From Escherichia phage P1, in sequence record MH445381.1: a stretch of 64,000 bases of DNA, one strand, 5' to 3'. Each line of letters begins with the position of its first letter. The first letter of the stretch is position 1. The position numbers and the translations under genes are program-made. This document shows positions 43,082-53,736 of this stretch, one piece after another. Below the pieces are notes generated by a model. That model worked only from the letters and a program-made list of their open reading frames with translations. It did not search any database and was not told where the DNA came from.

Positions 43082-43244
43082 AATAATAAATTAATTAGTG
43101 CATATGTGTTCTTTGATACAGCGCACATTAACATCGGGAGAATAATCGTGTCATCCAAGGCTAATTATGAATCGCTGGCATCGATCATGCCGCGTAATGA
43201 ACAGGAAGCAGATGCTGTAGTGGACCCGGTAATCGCTGAAATGA

Positions 43245-43907
43245 ATGCTCGCCTGGAGGCTGAATTTGCAGCTGAGAATGAACATACCACCCAGGGCGAC
43301 TAGGACTGTTTTTTGTGTCGGTAGCGGTCCGTCACTCACTCGTGAGGACTGTGCTGCTATAGAAAAAACTGGCTGTTCAATCATCGCGGTTAACAATTCC
43401 TGGCAGATGTTCGATGACATTTATGCCTTATACGCCGGTGATTTGTCATGGTGGAAGCAATACGGATCCACCATACCGGGAGGGAAATTCCGCAAAGTGA
43501 CAGCCAACCTGGCGGCGGCGAAATCATTTTCGTTGGAGTACAGGCGATATTGTGGACCGGCGGAAGGGGTAAATAGCGGCGCGCAGGCTATCAGTCTGGC
43601 TGCTGAATCAGGGGCTGAAGTAGTTGTATTAGTCGGCTATGACTGTTCTCTGCAAAACGGCCTTCATTGGCATGGCGCGCACCCTCAAGCCCTACGGAAT
43701 CCAACGCAGGTGTCTATTTCAAAATGGCAACAGCAGTTCCTGGATACCCGCAAAAAACACGCAGATTTACATATTTTGAATGCAAGTAGGAGCAGTGCAA
43801 TTCAATGTTTCCCAAGAATAAATTTAGAGGCAGTGATCGCGTTATTATCGTCGGCAGTGGCCCAAGCGCCGCAAACTTTGTTGCGCCGCGCGGAGTGCCG
43901 ATTATAG
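43245..43907 (+). CDS. Rossmann-like protein, paralogue A (DUF115/MAF-like?)
   Basis: VFCVGSGPS...IIAVNN...SGAQAISLA...VVLVGYD; start uncertain. Confidence 0.4.
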   Translation: MLAWRLNLQLRMNIPPRATRTVFCVGSGPSLTREDCAAIEKTGCSIIAVNNSWQMFDDIYALYAGDLSWWKQYGSTIPGGKFRKVTANLAAAKSFSLEYRRYCGPAEGVNSGAQAISLAAESGAEVVVLVGYDCSLQNGLHWHGAHPQALRNPTQVSISKWQQQFLDTRKKHADLHILNASRSSAIQCFPRINLEAVIALLSSAVAQAPQTLLRRAECRL

Positions 43908-44431
43908 CGGTCAATGGGGCCATCGACTGGCTGAACCGCGCTTCTTATTTTTTCACACTTGATCCATCGGCAGACAATATGCGGCGCGTTGGTCGTGGCC
44001 GCCGTCGCCGTGGTGTTTGTTATTGCATGGCACTACCCGATGTTAAAGAACGTGAAGTCAGAGACGGCGTTCTGTGCTTCCGTCGTGTGGCTGAACGTGG
44101 CATGGAGCCAAAAAATATGAATTCTCCCGAGTGGTGGGCGTGGCGCTGGTCCGCACATTTCGGACTTTGCGAAGATGAGAATGAAATTGCCAGCGGCAAT
44201 AGTGCATATGGCGCTCTGAACCTGGCTTTCCATATCGGATTCAAACATGTCGCCCTGGTGGGCGTTGACGCTACACAAGAACCACGCGTTCACTCCGGCG
44301 GCACGCCAAAAAATCTAAGTCACCTGCCTTTGTTATTCCAGTCTGCGCGTGAACAGATTGACGTTGTTTCATGCGGGAAAATGGGAGGTATTCCGCAGAT
44401 GACTCTTAAAGAATGGCTGAAGAATACATGA
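43805..44431 (+). CDS. Rossmann-like protein, paralogue B
   Basis: VIIVGSGPS...IIAVNG...SAYGALNLA...VALVGVD; overlaps paralogue A out of frame. Confidence 0.4.
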   Translation: MFPKNKFRGSDRVIIVGSGPSAANFVAPRGVPIIAVNGAIDWLNRASYFFTLDPSADNMRRVGRGRRRRGVCYCMALPDVKEREVRDGVLCFRRVAERGMEPKNMNSPEWWAWRWSAHFGLCEDENEIASGNSAYGALNLAFHIGFKHVALVGVDATQEPRVHSGGTPKNLSHLPLLFQSAREQIDVVSCGKMGGIPQMTLKEWLKNT

Positions 44432-45105
44432 TGGCACCCACAATTTATCACCGTATCGACGGTACCAAATACAGGAATGTCTGGGTTGTTGGTGATCTGC
44501 ATGGTTGCTACACCAGACTGATGTCCGAACTCCATCGTGTGGATTTTGACCCGGCGCAGGATTTACTGATATCGGTCGGCGACCTTATTGATCGCGGTAC
44601 TGAAAATGTCGAATGTCTGGAACTATTGCAGATGCCCTGGTTCAGGGCAGTGATGGGGAACCATGAGCGGCTGATGATTGATGCGTTAAGTCCAGATGGC
44701 AACGTGAATAACTGGCTAATGAATGGCGGACAATGGTTCTTCATGCTGGACACTGATCAGGAAATATTAGCCTGGGCGCTGGTGGAGCTGGTAAAGCGTC
44801 TGCCCTATATCATTGAGTTGAACACCGGGCAAGAAACTATCGTTATAGCCCATGCCGACTATCCGGATAATGAATACCAATTCGGTAAGGAGGTGCCGCT
44901 TTTCAACGTTGTCTGGGCGCGCGAGCGTATCAGTGATTCGATGGATGATATTGGTGGCGAAATTTCGGGCGCAGATCGTTTTATCTTTGGTCACACTCCG
45001 GTGAAAAGCCCGAAGACATTCTGGAATCAGCAGTATATCGACACTGGTGCCGTATTTTGCGGAAACCTGACATTGATGAAAGTGAAAGGTGATGGTGCAG
45101 CATGA
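44413..45105 (+). CDS. ppp: serine/threonine protein phosphatase (lambda-PPase type)
   Basis: GDLHG, GDLIDRG and GNHE metallophosphatase motifs. Confidence 0.85.
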   Translation: MAEEYMMAPTIYHRIDGTKYRNVWVVGDLHGCYTRLMSELHRVDFDPAQDLLISVGDLIDRGTENVECLELLQMPWFRAVMGNHERLMIDALSPDGNVNNWLMNGGQWFFMLDTDQEILAWALVELVKRLPYIIELNTGQETIVIAHADYPDNEYQFGKEVPLFNVVWARERISDSMDDIGGEISGADRFIFGHTPVKSPKTFWNQQYIDTGAVFCGNLTLMKVKGDGAA

Positions 45106-45803
45106 AGATTGCTTTAGTTTTTCGCTCTGGTGGTGACTATAACGCTTCCGATGTGCAGTGGCTGGTTAATCAACTGCCAAAAGGCTATGAAATTATTTGC
45201 CTGACAGACCTGAAGCGTTTACATGTACCTGGCGTCAAAGTTGTCCCATTGATCAACCAGTGGCAAAAGTGCCGTGGCTGGTGGGCGAAAATCGAGTTGT
45301 TCCGACCGGATATAACAGATGATCTGTTCTATCTGGATTTGGACACAGTTATTGCCGGTGATATACGCCCAATCCTTGAGAATCCACCAACCAGCTTCAC
45401 CATGCTTAGGGATTTTTACCATCCACAATATCGTGGTAGCGGTGCCCTGTGGATACCAAATAGTGTAAAAGCGCATATCTGGAGTTCATTCTGGCAAGAT
45501 CCGGAAGGTTGGATTTCTCGTTGTGTCACTACTGAGTGCTGGGGTGATCAGGGGTTCTTACGGAAGGTTATGGGCGATGATACACCAGCATTTCAGGATC
45601 TGTATCCAGGATGGTTTGTAAGTTACAAGGCCGATGTTGTGGAACCTGGTTCAAAATATGCGAGCGCGCGTTACTCCAGGGGGAATGGGGCATTACCAAA
45701 GGACTGCCGAATAATCTTTTTCCACGGCAAACCGCGACCTCGCGAAGTGTCAGAGGATTGGCTTCCCCTTATCAGCTCATTTTTTGAGCGAGAATCAGAA
45801 TAA
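45102..45803 (+). CDS. putative GT-A-like nucleotide-sugar transferase (DxD motif)
   Basis: FYLDLDTVI motif; coupled to ppp. Confidence 0.35.
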   Translation: MKIALVFRSGGDYNASDVQWLVNQLPKGYEIICLTDLKRLHVPGVKVVPLINQWQKCRGWWAKIELFRPDITDDLFYLDLDTVIAGDIRPILENPPTSFTMLRDFYHPQYRGSGALWIPNSVKAHIWSSFWQDPEGWISRCVTTECWGDQGFLRKVMGDDTPAFQDLYPGWFVSYKADVVEPGSKYASARYSRGNGALPKDCRIIFFHGKPRPREVSEDWLPLISSFFERESE

Positions 45804-45804
45804 T

Positions 45805-45871
45805 ATTGCTCTAATAATTCCATATTTTTAAAACGTGATGTACACTCATCACGTTTTTTATTAGAGCAATC
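45805..45871 (+). terminator. terminator hairpin flanked by divergent C1 operator-like 17-mers
   Basis: ATTGCTCTAATAATTCC (45805-45821), hairpin AAAACGTGATG-TACACT-CATCACGTTTT (45830-45857), inverted 14/17 operator copy (45854-45870). Confidence 0.6.
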
Positions 45872-45884
45872 TACAAGGTGCACT

Positions 45885-46103
45885 ATGTGGCCATTCCGAC
45901 GGAAATATCACTACTGGCTGATCGCCTTTGTTACGCCGACCGGCGGTATCAGGCATGTCATCACCAGGTATCGCAACAAGAGACTCACCTTAGCCAGAAT
46001 TTTACAGGCTGCCATAGGTGAGGGACTGGATACAAATTGCGTAGTCCTTCCTCCTTCATACTTAGGAAAAATGACCGAAGCACAAGCTAATACGGAACTT
46101 TGA
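45885..46103 (+). CDS. hypothetical protein
   Basis: 72-aa ORF. Confidence 0.3.
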   Translation: MWPFRRKYHYWLIAFVTPTGGIRHVITRYRNKRLTLARILQAAIGEGLDTNCVVLPPSYLGKMTEAQANTEL

Positions 46104-46104
46104 A

Positions 46105-47367
46105 ATGATCACTTCAGCACAAAACCAATCAATCGAAAATGTATCTATCCCTGACGTCCTGAATGCCGGTATCCCGGCCGTTATCCAGAACATCCGGGCC
46201 GCGCAACGCCGCGTTAGTTGTGATGACCTCACAGCGCGTTTTTTTGATAATGCGGTTCAGTCAGCGGAGATGCTTCACGCACAGCTTATTGATGTTTATA
46301 ACGCAGAAGCTGATAGCCATAACTCCCTGGTAGATGCAGCTGAAAATATGCAGTTGGATCTTGGTCTGAAGGGTAAAGAAATTGAAGAGCTTCAGCTGCA
46401 AATTGAACATTTGAAACGCCAGCAACAGGACGCGATCGACGATGCGACGCATGACGCCAACCAGCGTGCTGATAATGCCGAACGTATAAGCATTGAGCTG
46501 GAAACAAAACTCAATGAAATGACCGCGATGGTTGAACTGCGGAACTCACAGATTTCAACGCTAAAATCTCAATATAAAGAGATCATGAAACTTGATCCTT
46601 TTAACCTTGAGAAACGCTATAACAAAGCTAAAAGCGAGCGACAGGAACTTCGTAAGCAGGTCGCCGACCTTAACCAACAGCTCAAAAAAACTATTAAAGA
46701 TGCAAGCGAGGCGCGCGTGGCATTTGCTAATAAAAAAGCAGAGGTTACCGCGCTGGTTAATGAGAATGCCAAATTTGCGACGCTCAAGAAGGAAATGTAT
46801 GGCATTACTGAGCGCCGTTTCCCTGCAAGCAAACTTCATCCGACGTTAGGGCAAATCTCCTTCTTCCCGCGCCTCCTGGCTTATGGGATCTCATCGCCTA
46901 AAGAGTTCAATAACGAGCGTCCTTATATCGTTTCTAAGCTGGACTTTGCTTATCAGTTCTGCTGCGACATGGGCTATGCCATTGATATCCGAATCAACGA
47001 ATGGTTGATGCCAAACTTCCAGCCGTTGGCAATTTTCCGCGAGTTCCAGCCGGAAGGTTGGGTAGAGTTCTTCCATGAATTGATCTGTAAAGAGATGGAA
47101 AGCCGCCGCCCGGAACTGGTCCGTCGAGTTGAGTGGGCGCAAGAGGTTATGTTGGCAGATGCAGAGCTGCCGTTCGAACCGGAATTCATTGATGATCTGG
47201 CAACTAAAGGGCTGCATACCCTGTTTGATGTGGTTACCCGCCGTCATGAGCAGTTGGTTGTCGAATTGGGTTTAGAGGAAACTGCGGCAAGAAGACTTCT
47301 CGATGTTTGCTATGCACGTAGCGATGCATGGGAAAAAGAGAACGGCGGCACTATTTACGTTCGCTGA
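46105..47367 (+). CDS. coiled-coil protein
   Basis: 420 aa, helical charged N-terminal half. Confidence 0.4.
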   Translation: MITSAQNQSIENVSIPDVLNAGIPAVIQNIRAAQRRVSCDDLTARFFDNAVQSAEMLHAQLIDVYNAEADSHNSLVDAAENMQLDLGLKGKEIEELQLQIEHLKRQQQDAIDDATHDANQRADNAERISIELETKLNEMTAMVELRNSQISTLKSQYKEIMKLDPFNLEKRYNKAKSERQELRKQVADLNQQLKKTIKDASEARVAFANKKAEVTALVNENAKFATLKKEMYGITERRFPASKLHPTLGQISFFPRLLAYGISSPKEFNNERPYIVSKLDFAYQFCCDMGYAIDIRINEWLMPNFQPLAIFREFQPEGWVEFFHELICKEMESRRPELVRRVEWAQEVMLADAELPFEPEFIDDLATKGLHTLFDVVTRRHEQLVVELGLEETAARRLLDVCYARSDAWEKENGGTIYVR

Positions 47368-47439
47368 TAGTTACAGTGTCACTTTTAATGCTGGTGGAGT
47401 GCGCCCACCAGCATTTTTTTCGTCCAATGAGGAGGGCAT

Positions 47440-47946
47440 TTGAGTATTTTCAATAAACACGCACACCAGGAACGTCCGTACATCGTCATAGTAGATATTG
47501 ATGGAACGATATCAGAGGCAACGGAAGACAGGCTGCATTTACTTCCACCACCTGGCAAAGGTGCATTAACAGAGCACTGGAACGAGTTTAACCTTGCCTG
47601 TGACACTGATGCTCCCATCACTCCAGTTATTGATATGGTGCGCCAGTTGTCCAGCATTTACACGCTCTGGTTTGTAACCGGGCGCTGTGAGATAGCCAGG
47701 GATAAAACACGAGCTTGGTTGCGTAAGCACGTAACAAATGGGGCTGAGCCTTTGCTATCTATGCGTCCTGCCACCGATGACAGAAATGACGGCCCTGCAA
47801 AGATTGATATCCTGAAGAAAATTGGTCTAAGTAAAATTGCGTTCGCGCTGGAAGATAAGATTGAAGTGGCGCGTGTTTTCAGGAGTCACGGCGTACTTAC
47901 GTTAATGGTCAGGGAATATGAAAATGCGCTTCTTTATCAACGATAA
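47440..47946 (+). CDS. HAD-superfamily phosphatase
   Basis: DIDGTI motif. Confidence 0.6.
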   Translation: MSIFNKHAHQERPYIVIVDIDGTISEATEDRLHLLPPPGKGALTEHWNEFNLACDTDAPITPVIDMVRQLSSIYTLWFVTGRCEIARDKTRAWLRKHVTNGAEPLLSMRPATDDRNDGPAKIDILKKIGLSKIAFALEDKIEVARVFRSHGVLTLMVREYENALLYQR

Positions 47947-47962
47947 TTGCTCTAATAAATCT
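47946..47962 (+). promoter_or_regulatory. C1 operator-like site
   Basis: ATTGCTCTAATAAATCT, 16/17. Confidence 0.6.
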
Positions 47963-48140
47963 TGATTTTTAAAACAGAGAAAGTGAAAATAAAAACATGC
48001 CGCAAGGCGCGGCATGTATCCAATCAATCACAGGAGCTGAAAATATGAACACGGCATTCAAAATCATTATGGCCGCGATCTATTTCTGGCTGTTCTCTAT
48101 CACTTTTGGCGGCATCGTCGCGCATGGGTAAGGGGGATGC

Positions 48141-48866
48141 ATGAAAGGCGAAGTGAAAGAGCGCGGCATGATTTTCAACGATGAGATGGTCCGGGCCATC
48201 CTCGAAGGAAGGAAAACGCAGACGCGGCGGATAATGAAAAATCAGCCTGCGGAAGTTGGTCCAGAAGCACCAGTGATGGTTAGAAAAATTGGTGCAGGTT
48301 TTCAGTGGTACGGGGCTGATGGTGTAAGCAGTGTTTTCAATTGCCCCTTTGGTATCGTCGGCGATCGAATTTGGGTTCGTGAAACATGGGCGATATTAGG
48401 CAATGAAGATGGTTGCAGTGTGGACTGGAACGACAACCTTTGTCGTGGCGATGAGAAGAACGCAGCAAGGATTTATCGGGCCAGTTGTGAGCAAAAGCCT
48501 GGTGATTACGGTTTATGGTCGATACCAGATGATGCCGACTGGAAACCTCACACAGTGAATGAAAAGTTTGATGGTGGGTGGCGTCCATCAATTCACATGC
48601 CGCGATGGGCATCACGCATCCTGTTGGAAATTACCAACGTGCGCGTTGAGCGGTTGAACGATATCAGCGAATGCGATGCAAGGGATGAGGGCGTTCCGCC
48701 TGCTGGAAGTTTGCTTCCTGATCACCCGGGAACATTCCTTACTCCCAAGGGGGATTTCGCAATGGCCAAGGTTGCGTTCCAGCGCCTGTGGGAATCCATC
48801 TACGGCGAAGAAAGCTGGAGTGCTAATCCCTGGGTTTGGGTAATCGAGTTTGAGCGTATTCAGTAG
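48141..48866 (+). CDS. ASCH-domain protein
   Basis: MIFNDEMVRAILEGRKTQTRR...WVRETW. Confidence 0.55.
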   Translation: MKGEVKERGMIFNDEMVRAILEGRKTQTRRIMKNQPAEVGPEAPVMVRKIGAGFQWYGADGVSSVFNCPFGIVGDRIWVRETWAILGNEDGCSVDWNDNLCRGDEKNAARIYRASCEQKPGDYGLWSIPDDADWKPHTVNEKFDGGWRPSIHMPRWASRILLEITNVRVERLNDISECDARDEGVPPAGSLLPDHPGTFLTPKGDFAMAKVAFQRLWESIYGEESWSANPWVWVIEFERIQ

Positions 48867-48875
48867 GGCGAGCGT

Positions 48876-49097
48876 ATGCAATCAGTTATTTGTGAGGAAG
48901 TCGGCCTGAATAAAGCATCCCCAGCAGAGTTAAGAGCAAGTCTCGAAATGGCGCATAGCCTTGCTCAAATTGGTGTCAGGTTTGTACCAATTCCAGTTGA
49001 AACAGATGAAGAATTTCACAGGTTAGCGGCATCGGCAGCACAAAAGCTGGAAATCATGGCAGCGAAAGTAGAGAAAGCTGAAGGAGCGACAAAATGA
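48876..49097 (+). CDS. hypothetical protein
   Basis: 73-aa ORF. Confidence 0.3.
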   Translation: MQSVICEEVGLNKASPAELRASLEMAHSLAQIGVRFVPIPVETDEEFHRLAASAAQKLEIMAAKVEKAEGATK

Positions 49098-49309
49098 GCA
49101 AGCCAACCGACGAAGAAATAGTTCGGGTGTTGGAAGAACACGGGCGCTGTATGACTTACGTCGTGACCAACTGGCTTAGGGATAAATATCGCACACTCAA
49201 AACGGCATACGTTTTGCGTCGTCTAAAGAAACTGGAGTTCGACGGGAAAGTAAAGCGCGTTAACAGTTCTTATATAAGACAAATTTGCTGGGAGGCATCC
49301 AGTGAGTAA
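49094..49309 (+). CDS. small winged-helix-like protein
   Basis: 71-aa basic ORF. Confidence 0.3.
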   Translation: MSKPTDEEIVRVLEEHGRCMTYVVTNWLRDKYRTLKTAYVLRRLKKLEFDGKVKRVNSSYIRQICWEASSE

Positions 49310-49946
49310 CCGTTTTTACATGATGTGCTTGCGTGAAACTGTGGGTAATAACGCCTCATTCCATTGCCATAACGGCAATGGTTACAGTTCTGATATCGAT
49401 CGCGCTCATGTTTACACGCTGGAAGAAGCCCAAAAAGCCTGGAATTGTGGTCGAGATATCGATCAGCCTGTTTGCGCTGATAGCGTGGATGCAATGGCTG
49501 TGTGGCACGTTGATTGCCAGTACATCCCTACAGAAAGCCTGATTGAGTCAGATTGCACTGCGTATGTGGCCTACAAAAAAGGTAGCTGGAACGGCAACGA
49601 TGTTTACTGGCTTCAACACGGTGGATTGCCAACAGATGACTTCAGTAAAGCGACCATCTTTAGCGTCGCCAACAAAAACGAACCAGGAATAGTTTGGTTG
49701 CCATTTTCCATTGCTGATGCAGCAAAGCGCCGGACGTTCAATATCAATAACTTTAACCGCAGAACAATGGTTCAGGGCGCAGGTTTGGTCATGCCTGACT
49801 GGTTGAAAAAGCAAAACAGAAGAAAGAAGTCGCGAAGCGGGAAGGTGCGTTGGAATTGTCCGCATTGCGGAAAAATAACCTGGCAGTACAGCCCATATGA
49901 TTTTGAAGGCTGTAGTGATTACAACTGTGAAGGATGGCGAGAATGA
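49302..49946 (+). CDS. hypothetical Cys-rich protein
   Basis: 214 aa; CPHCG...C...C near C-terminus. Confidence 0.35.
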   Translation: MSNRFYMMCLRETVGNNASFHCHNGNGYSSDIDRAHVYTLEEAQKAWNCGRDIDQPVCADSVDAMAVWHVDCQYIPTESLIESDCTAYVAYKKGSWNGNDVYWLQHGGLPTDDFSKATIFSVANKNEPGIVWLPFSIADAAKRRTFNINNFNRRTMVQGAGLVMPDWLKKQNRRKKSRSGKVRWNCPHCGKITWQYSPYDFEGCSDYNCEGWRE

Positions 49947-50527
49947 CAATTGACTATCAGGTACTGCGTGAGGCGGCGGAACAGGCAACGCAAGATGAAT
50001 GGGTAGCATATATTTTGCCGGGTCATAACGGCATTTATCCTGCGCGCACGTCTGAGGGTAGGCATTGCGGATACTTTATTGACTGGCCTGGCGTCTGTCA
50101 GGGGCGGGAGAGCATCAGCATCAGAACCTACGCAGTGAATTGCAATGACGCATGGCTAAACACCGAAGGTGATGACATCTCCGGCTCATACGTTAAGTAC
50201 AAAGACCATCAGGAAGTGGTTGCCGCTCTTGAGGCCAAGTGCGCGGCGCTGGCAGTGGAGAATGCGGCGCTTAAACAGTCGGAGAAGGAATTTAATAACT
50301 TCTGTCGTCAGGAGTACTACGGTTGGGAGGACAACTTCACGGAAACCCCAGCTACCGACGCTCTCCTGGCTGAAGTACGTGCGCAGGGGGTGGATATGGC
50401 TCGTAACGCGATGATTGATTTTGTTGATGGTGAAGTTGGGCCAAACAAGAACGTTCCGGGGCTGATTAGAGGCGCAGAGATATGCGTAAGTATTGCTGAA
50501 CAGCTTCGCAAAGGAGGCAACCAGTGA
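49934..50527 (+). CDS. Ead/Ea22-like protein
   Basis: N-terminal IDYQVLREAAEQA, paralogous to next ORF. Confidence 0.4.
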   Translation: MARMTIDYQVLREAAEQATQDEWVAYILPGHNGIYPARTSEGRHCGYFIDWPGVCQGRESISIRTYAVNCNDAWLNTEGDDISGSYVKYKDHQEVVAALEAKCAALAVENAALKQSEKEFNNFCRQEYYGWEDNFTETPATDALLAEVRAQGVDMARNAMIDFVDGEVGPNKNVPGLIRGAEICVSIAEQLRKGGNQ

Positions 50528-50970
50528 GCAAGATTGATTATCAAAAGCTTCGTGAAATCGCTGAAAAAACAAAAATTGCTGGTGAAGCACCTGTAATGCC
50601 CTTCGATCAGCGAATTAATGCGCTTAACGATTTTATGAAGCACTTTTCGCCAGATATCGCGCTGGCACTGCTGGATGAACTGGAAAGAAACCAGCAATAC
50701 ATCAAATCCCGCGACCAGGAGAACGAGGATATTGCGCTAACGGTAGGGAAGTTGCGCGTTGAGCTTGAGGCAGAAAAACAGCGGGCAAAGGATCTGTTTA
50801 TGGAAAATGCTCGGCTTAAGTCAGGTATAGCCGGTCTGATACACCTCGGTATTCGATATGCAGATGTTGATGTCATGAAAATTGCTGGAGATGCCCAGCT
50901 TTCTACCCCATGCACTGACAGCATCATAAACAGCATTGCAACAGGCATTCGCATCAACGGAGGTGAGTAG
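50524..50970 (+). CDS. Ead/Ea22-like protein
   Basis: N-terminal IDYQKLREIAEKT. Confidence 0.4.
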   Translation: MSKIDYQKLREIAEKTKIAGEAPVMPFDQRINALNDFMKHFSPDIALALLDELERNQQYIKSRDQENEDIALTVGKLRVELEAEKQRAKDLFMENARLKSGIAGLIHLGIRYADVDVMKIAGDAQLSTPCTDSIINSIATGIRINGGE

Positions 50971-51433
50971 TGCGTGTGGCATGTATTGGCTTGTTACCGT
51001 ACCCGACTCGTTTTTGGGCTTCTGCGCTAATTGCAAAGCCACAGGTCCTGATGGCTGACAACATCACCCCAGCACCAAAGCGCCGCCATACCGGTATTGC
51101 AGCGGCACGACGAGCAGCAAAGAGACGCAGGAGAGCAAAGCGATGAAAAACCGTAAGGCAAAACGACTTTTTTTACAGCGACCTGTGCGTGTGGTGGAGC
51201 TGGTTATTAGCAACCATAAGATAGCGGTACTCCATCCATTTGGTCAGGTGGCTTTTGCCGCAAAGCGTAAGCCTACTGCGTCACAGAACAGGCGGAAGAA
51301 AGGGTACGCAGTAAGATGAAAAACCGTAAAGCAAAGATTCTGTTAGTTCGTAGAAACGCTCCTGGCGTCTGGCAGTGGGTGAGACTCAGCAACCGACGGA
51401 TGGGGTTGATGAAATATTACGGGATGATGGATT

Positions 51434-52021
51434 GTGGTTTTTGCAAAAAGCCCAGCGCGGCGCAAAACCGCTGGAAAAACCATTTGCGCACTAAAGGAGA
51501 GTGATATGGCGTTAACACACCGCGAACTCTGTCAGATTGCGTACAAGTTCCTTAAGCGCAACGGGTTCAAGGTTTGTTTTCATGACCGCTTTATAGCTGT
51601 AACCAGTACCGGAGAACAGCCAGATGCTATGGGGTTCAGAAATTCAGCATCATGCCTGATAGAGGCGAAGTGTTCTCGTGCTGATTTGTTGGCAGATAGA
51701 AAAAAGCGTTTTCGTAAAAATCCGTCTCTTGGAATGGGCGACTGGCGATTCTTTATTAGTGAGCCGGGAATTATTTCAATTGAGGATTTACCACCTGGCT
51801 GGGGATTACTTCACGTTGTTAACGGAAGAGTACGGAAAGTACATGGGTGGCCCAAGGGTAATTGCTGTTGGGGTAACCCTGAAGATAAACCTTTTATTGG
51901 GAATAAGCAGGTTGAATGCGATTACATGTTATCTGCATTAAGGCGCATGGAGTTGAGAGGGCACCTTAATGAAATATATGACGGTGTAATTGTTAATAAG
52001 AAAGAAGGAAACGCGGCATGA
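51434..52021 (+). CDS. putative PD-(D/E)xK-type nuclease (probable start MALTHREL)
   Basis: GEQPDAMGF...CLIEAKCSRADL. Confidence 0.35.
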   Translation: MVFAKSPARRKTAGKTICALKESDMALTHRELCQIAYKFLKRNGFKVCFHDRFIAVTSTGEQPDAMGFRNSASCLIEAKCSRADLLADRKKRFRKNPSLGMGDWRFFISEPGIISIEDLPPGWGLLHVVNGRVRKVHGWPKGNCCWGNPEDKPFIGNKQVECDYMLSALRRMELRGHLNEIYDGVIVNKKEGNAA

Positions 52022-52875
52022 TCACTATTACCAAAGAGCGACTGCTGACAATCAAGCAGTGGCGCGAAACATACGGACCTGATAGCAACGTTGTACTGCC
52101 AGCAGAAGAAGCGGAAGAACTGGCGCGTATCGTGCTGGCATCGCTGGAAGCAGAGCCTGTTCTGTATCAGTCCTGCACTCGCCCCACCTGGAATAGCGGT
52201 GTTCCGTGGACGGAATGGAAAGAACGTAGTCGTGAGTGCTACGAAGACGATTTGCGTTTTACAGACACGCCTGACCATGCCGGTTGGATATACAAATGTC
52301 GAAAACTATATACCACTCCGCCAGCGCCGATAGCGTTAGAGGCCATTGAAAACGCAATTGAATACATTCGTAGTATCGCTTTTCACATCGATGAAGACGA
52401 TTACCACGGCAAACATATTGCGTATTTCATGCGACAAGCATTGGCCTGGCTGGAAGGGCATTCATGCAGCGACGACAGACTGGGTAAAGCCGACAATCAA
52501 CCAGTACGCGGCAACCAGGCTGCCGAATCCAATCGCGGTAATGAGTGGACCGGCAATCCTGATATTGATAACGCAATCATCATGCTCGACCGCATAGATA
52601 CGGCGGAAAGTTACGATGATGACCGTATTGAGGCTGTTAAGGCTGTTTTGCGTAGACTGGCAGGCAACTCTCCGGTAACTCCGGATGGTTGGATAAGCTG
52701 TAGTGAGCGAATGCCCCCTCAAGATGATTGGATTTTAATTTATTCAAAGCACGGCGAGTATATGGCAGGACAGGTACAAGGGGAATACGTGGAGTTGAGC
52801 GACGGCACTTTATCGTGGTTAGGGAACGCCTTGTTCTGGATGCCGCTACCAGAACCGCCGCAGGAGGCGAAATGA
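52018..52875 (+). CDS. prophage protein with DUF551-like C-terminus
   Basis: C-terminal W...LPEPP pattern. Confidence 0.4.
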   Translation: MITITKERLLTIKQWRETYGPDSNVVLPAEEAEELARIVLASLEAEPVLYQSCTRPTWNSGVPWTEWKERSRECYEDDLRFTDTPDHAGWIYKCRKLYTTPPAPIALEAIENAIEYIRSIAFHIDEDDYHGKHIAYFMRQALAWLEGHSCSDDRLGKADNQPVRGNQAAESNRGNEWTGNPDIDNAIIMLDRIDTAESYDDDRIEAVKAVLRRLAGNSPVTPDGWISCSERMPPQDDWILIYSKHGEYMAGQVQGEYVELSDGTLSWLGNALFWMPLPEPPQEAK

Positions 52876-53132
52876 TGGATGTAAAAGAGAAGGTTTTGCA
52901 GGTGATGCGTTCCCGGGCTGCCCTGCAAGATAAAGCTCTCGGCGGGGAATATCCATTCAGGATGGCAACCTGGAATCTGCGGTTGGCAATGGAGAAGGAA
53001 TTTCCTGATGAAGAATGGCGTTCGGCAGATTTGCGCAAAATTCTTATGGAGCTGGCTAAAGACGGAACAGTATCCAAAGATACCCATGCCAGCCGGATTG
53101 GTCAGGCGGTATGGAGACTGGAGGTGAGGTAA
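52728..53132 (+). CDS. hypothetical protein (probable start MMDVKEK, ~52872)
   Basis: ORF-track frame. Confidence 0.3.
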   Translation: MDFNLFKARRVYGRTGTRGIRGVERRHFIVVRERLVLDAATRTAAGGEMMDVKEKVLQVMRSRAALQDKALGGEYPFRMATWNLRLAMEKEFPDEEWRSADLRKILMELAKDGTVSKDTHASRIGQAVWRLEVR

Positions 53133-53413
53133 TGGCTAACCTGCAACTTGCCGTTAAAGGTGAATACTTCGATGCCATGATTCGCGGGGAGAAAACGGAA
53201 GAGTATCGCCTGTGTAATGACTACTGGAATAAGCGCCTCGTTAACCGTAAGTATTACCGCCTGATTATCACAAAGGGATATCCGAAGCGCGAAGACTTCA
53301 GTCGCAGAATTGACGTCCCGTATAACGGATATGAAATAAAAACAATCACACATCCACACTTCGGTGATAAACCGGTAAAGGTGTTCGCGATAAAAGTGAA
53401 GATTAATAGCTAA
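53111..53413 (+). CDS. small ASCH/PUA-like protein
   Basis: LAVKGEYFDAMIRGEKTEEYR. Confidence 0.4.
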   Translation: METGGEVMANLQLAVKGEYFDAMIRGEKTEEYRLCNDYWNKRLVNRKYYRLIITKGYPKREDFSRRIDVPYNGYEIKTITHPHFGDKPVKVFAIKVKINS

Positions 53414-53436
53414 ATTTCAATTAACACGGAGTAATT

Positions 53437-53730
53437 ATGTGGCGCGGTAATAATCATGGCGGAAGTCAGATGATACTTACCGAATATACGTTCGACCACA
53501 AAACCAATAAATCACGTTCAGTATATTTGCTTCGGCACAATAGCCGCGTAAGAAATACCGTTCTGGAGCAAAATCTGACCGTTGAAATGGATAATTTGGG
53601 AAACTTCAAGCCAACAATATCGCTTGATGATTTTCCGTGTGGTTTAAGCGAAAGAGAAGCAATGCTGAAATTAGCAGAATGGCTACAAAGATTAAGCATT
53701 GCTATTGAAGATAACTGGTCTGAACCTTAA
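53437..53730 (+). CDS. hypothetical protein
   Basis: 97-aa ORF. Confidence 0.3.
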   Translation: MWRGNNHGGSQMILTEYTFDHKTNKSRSVYLLRHNSRVRNTVLEQNLTVEMDNLGNFKPTISLDDFPCGLSEREAMLKLAEWLQRLSIAIEDNWSEP

Positions 53731-53736
53731 ATTAAT

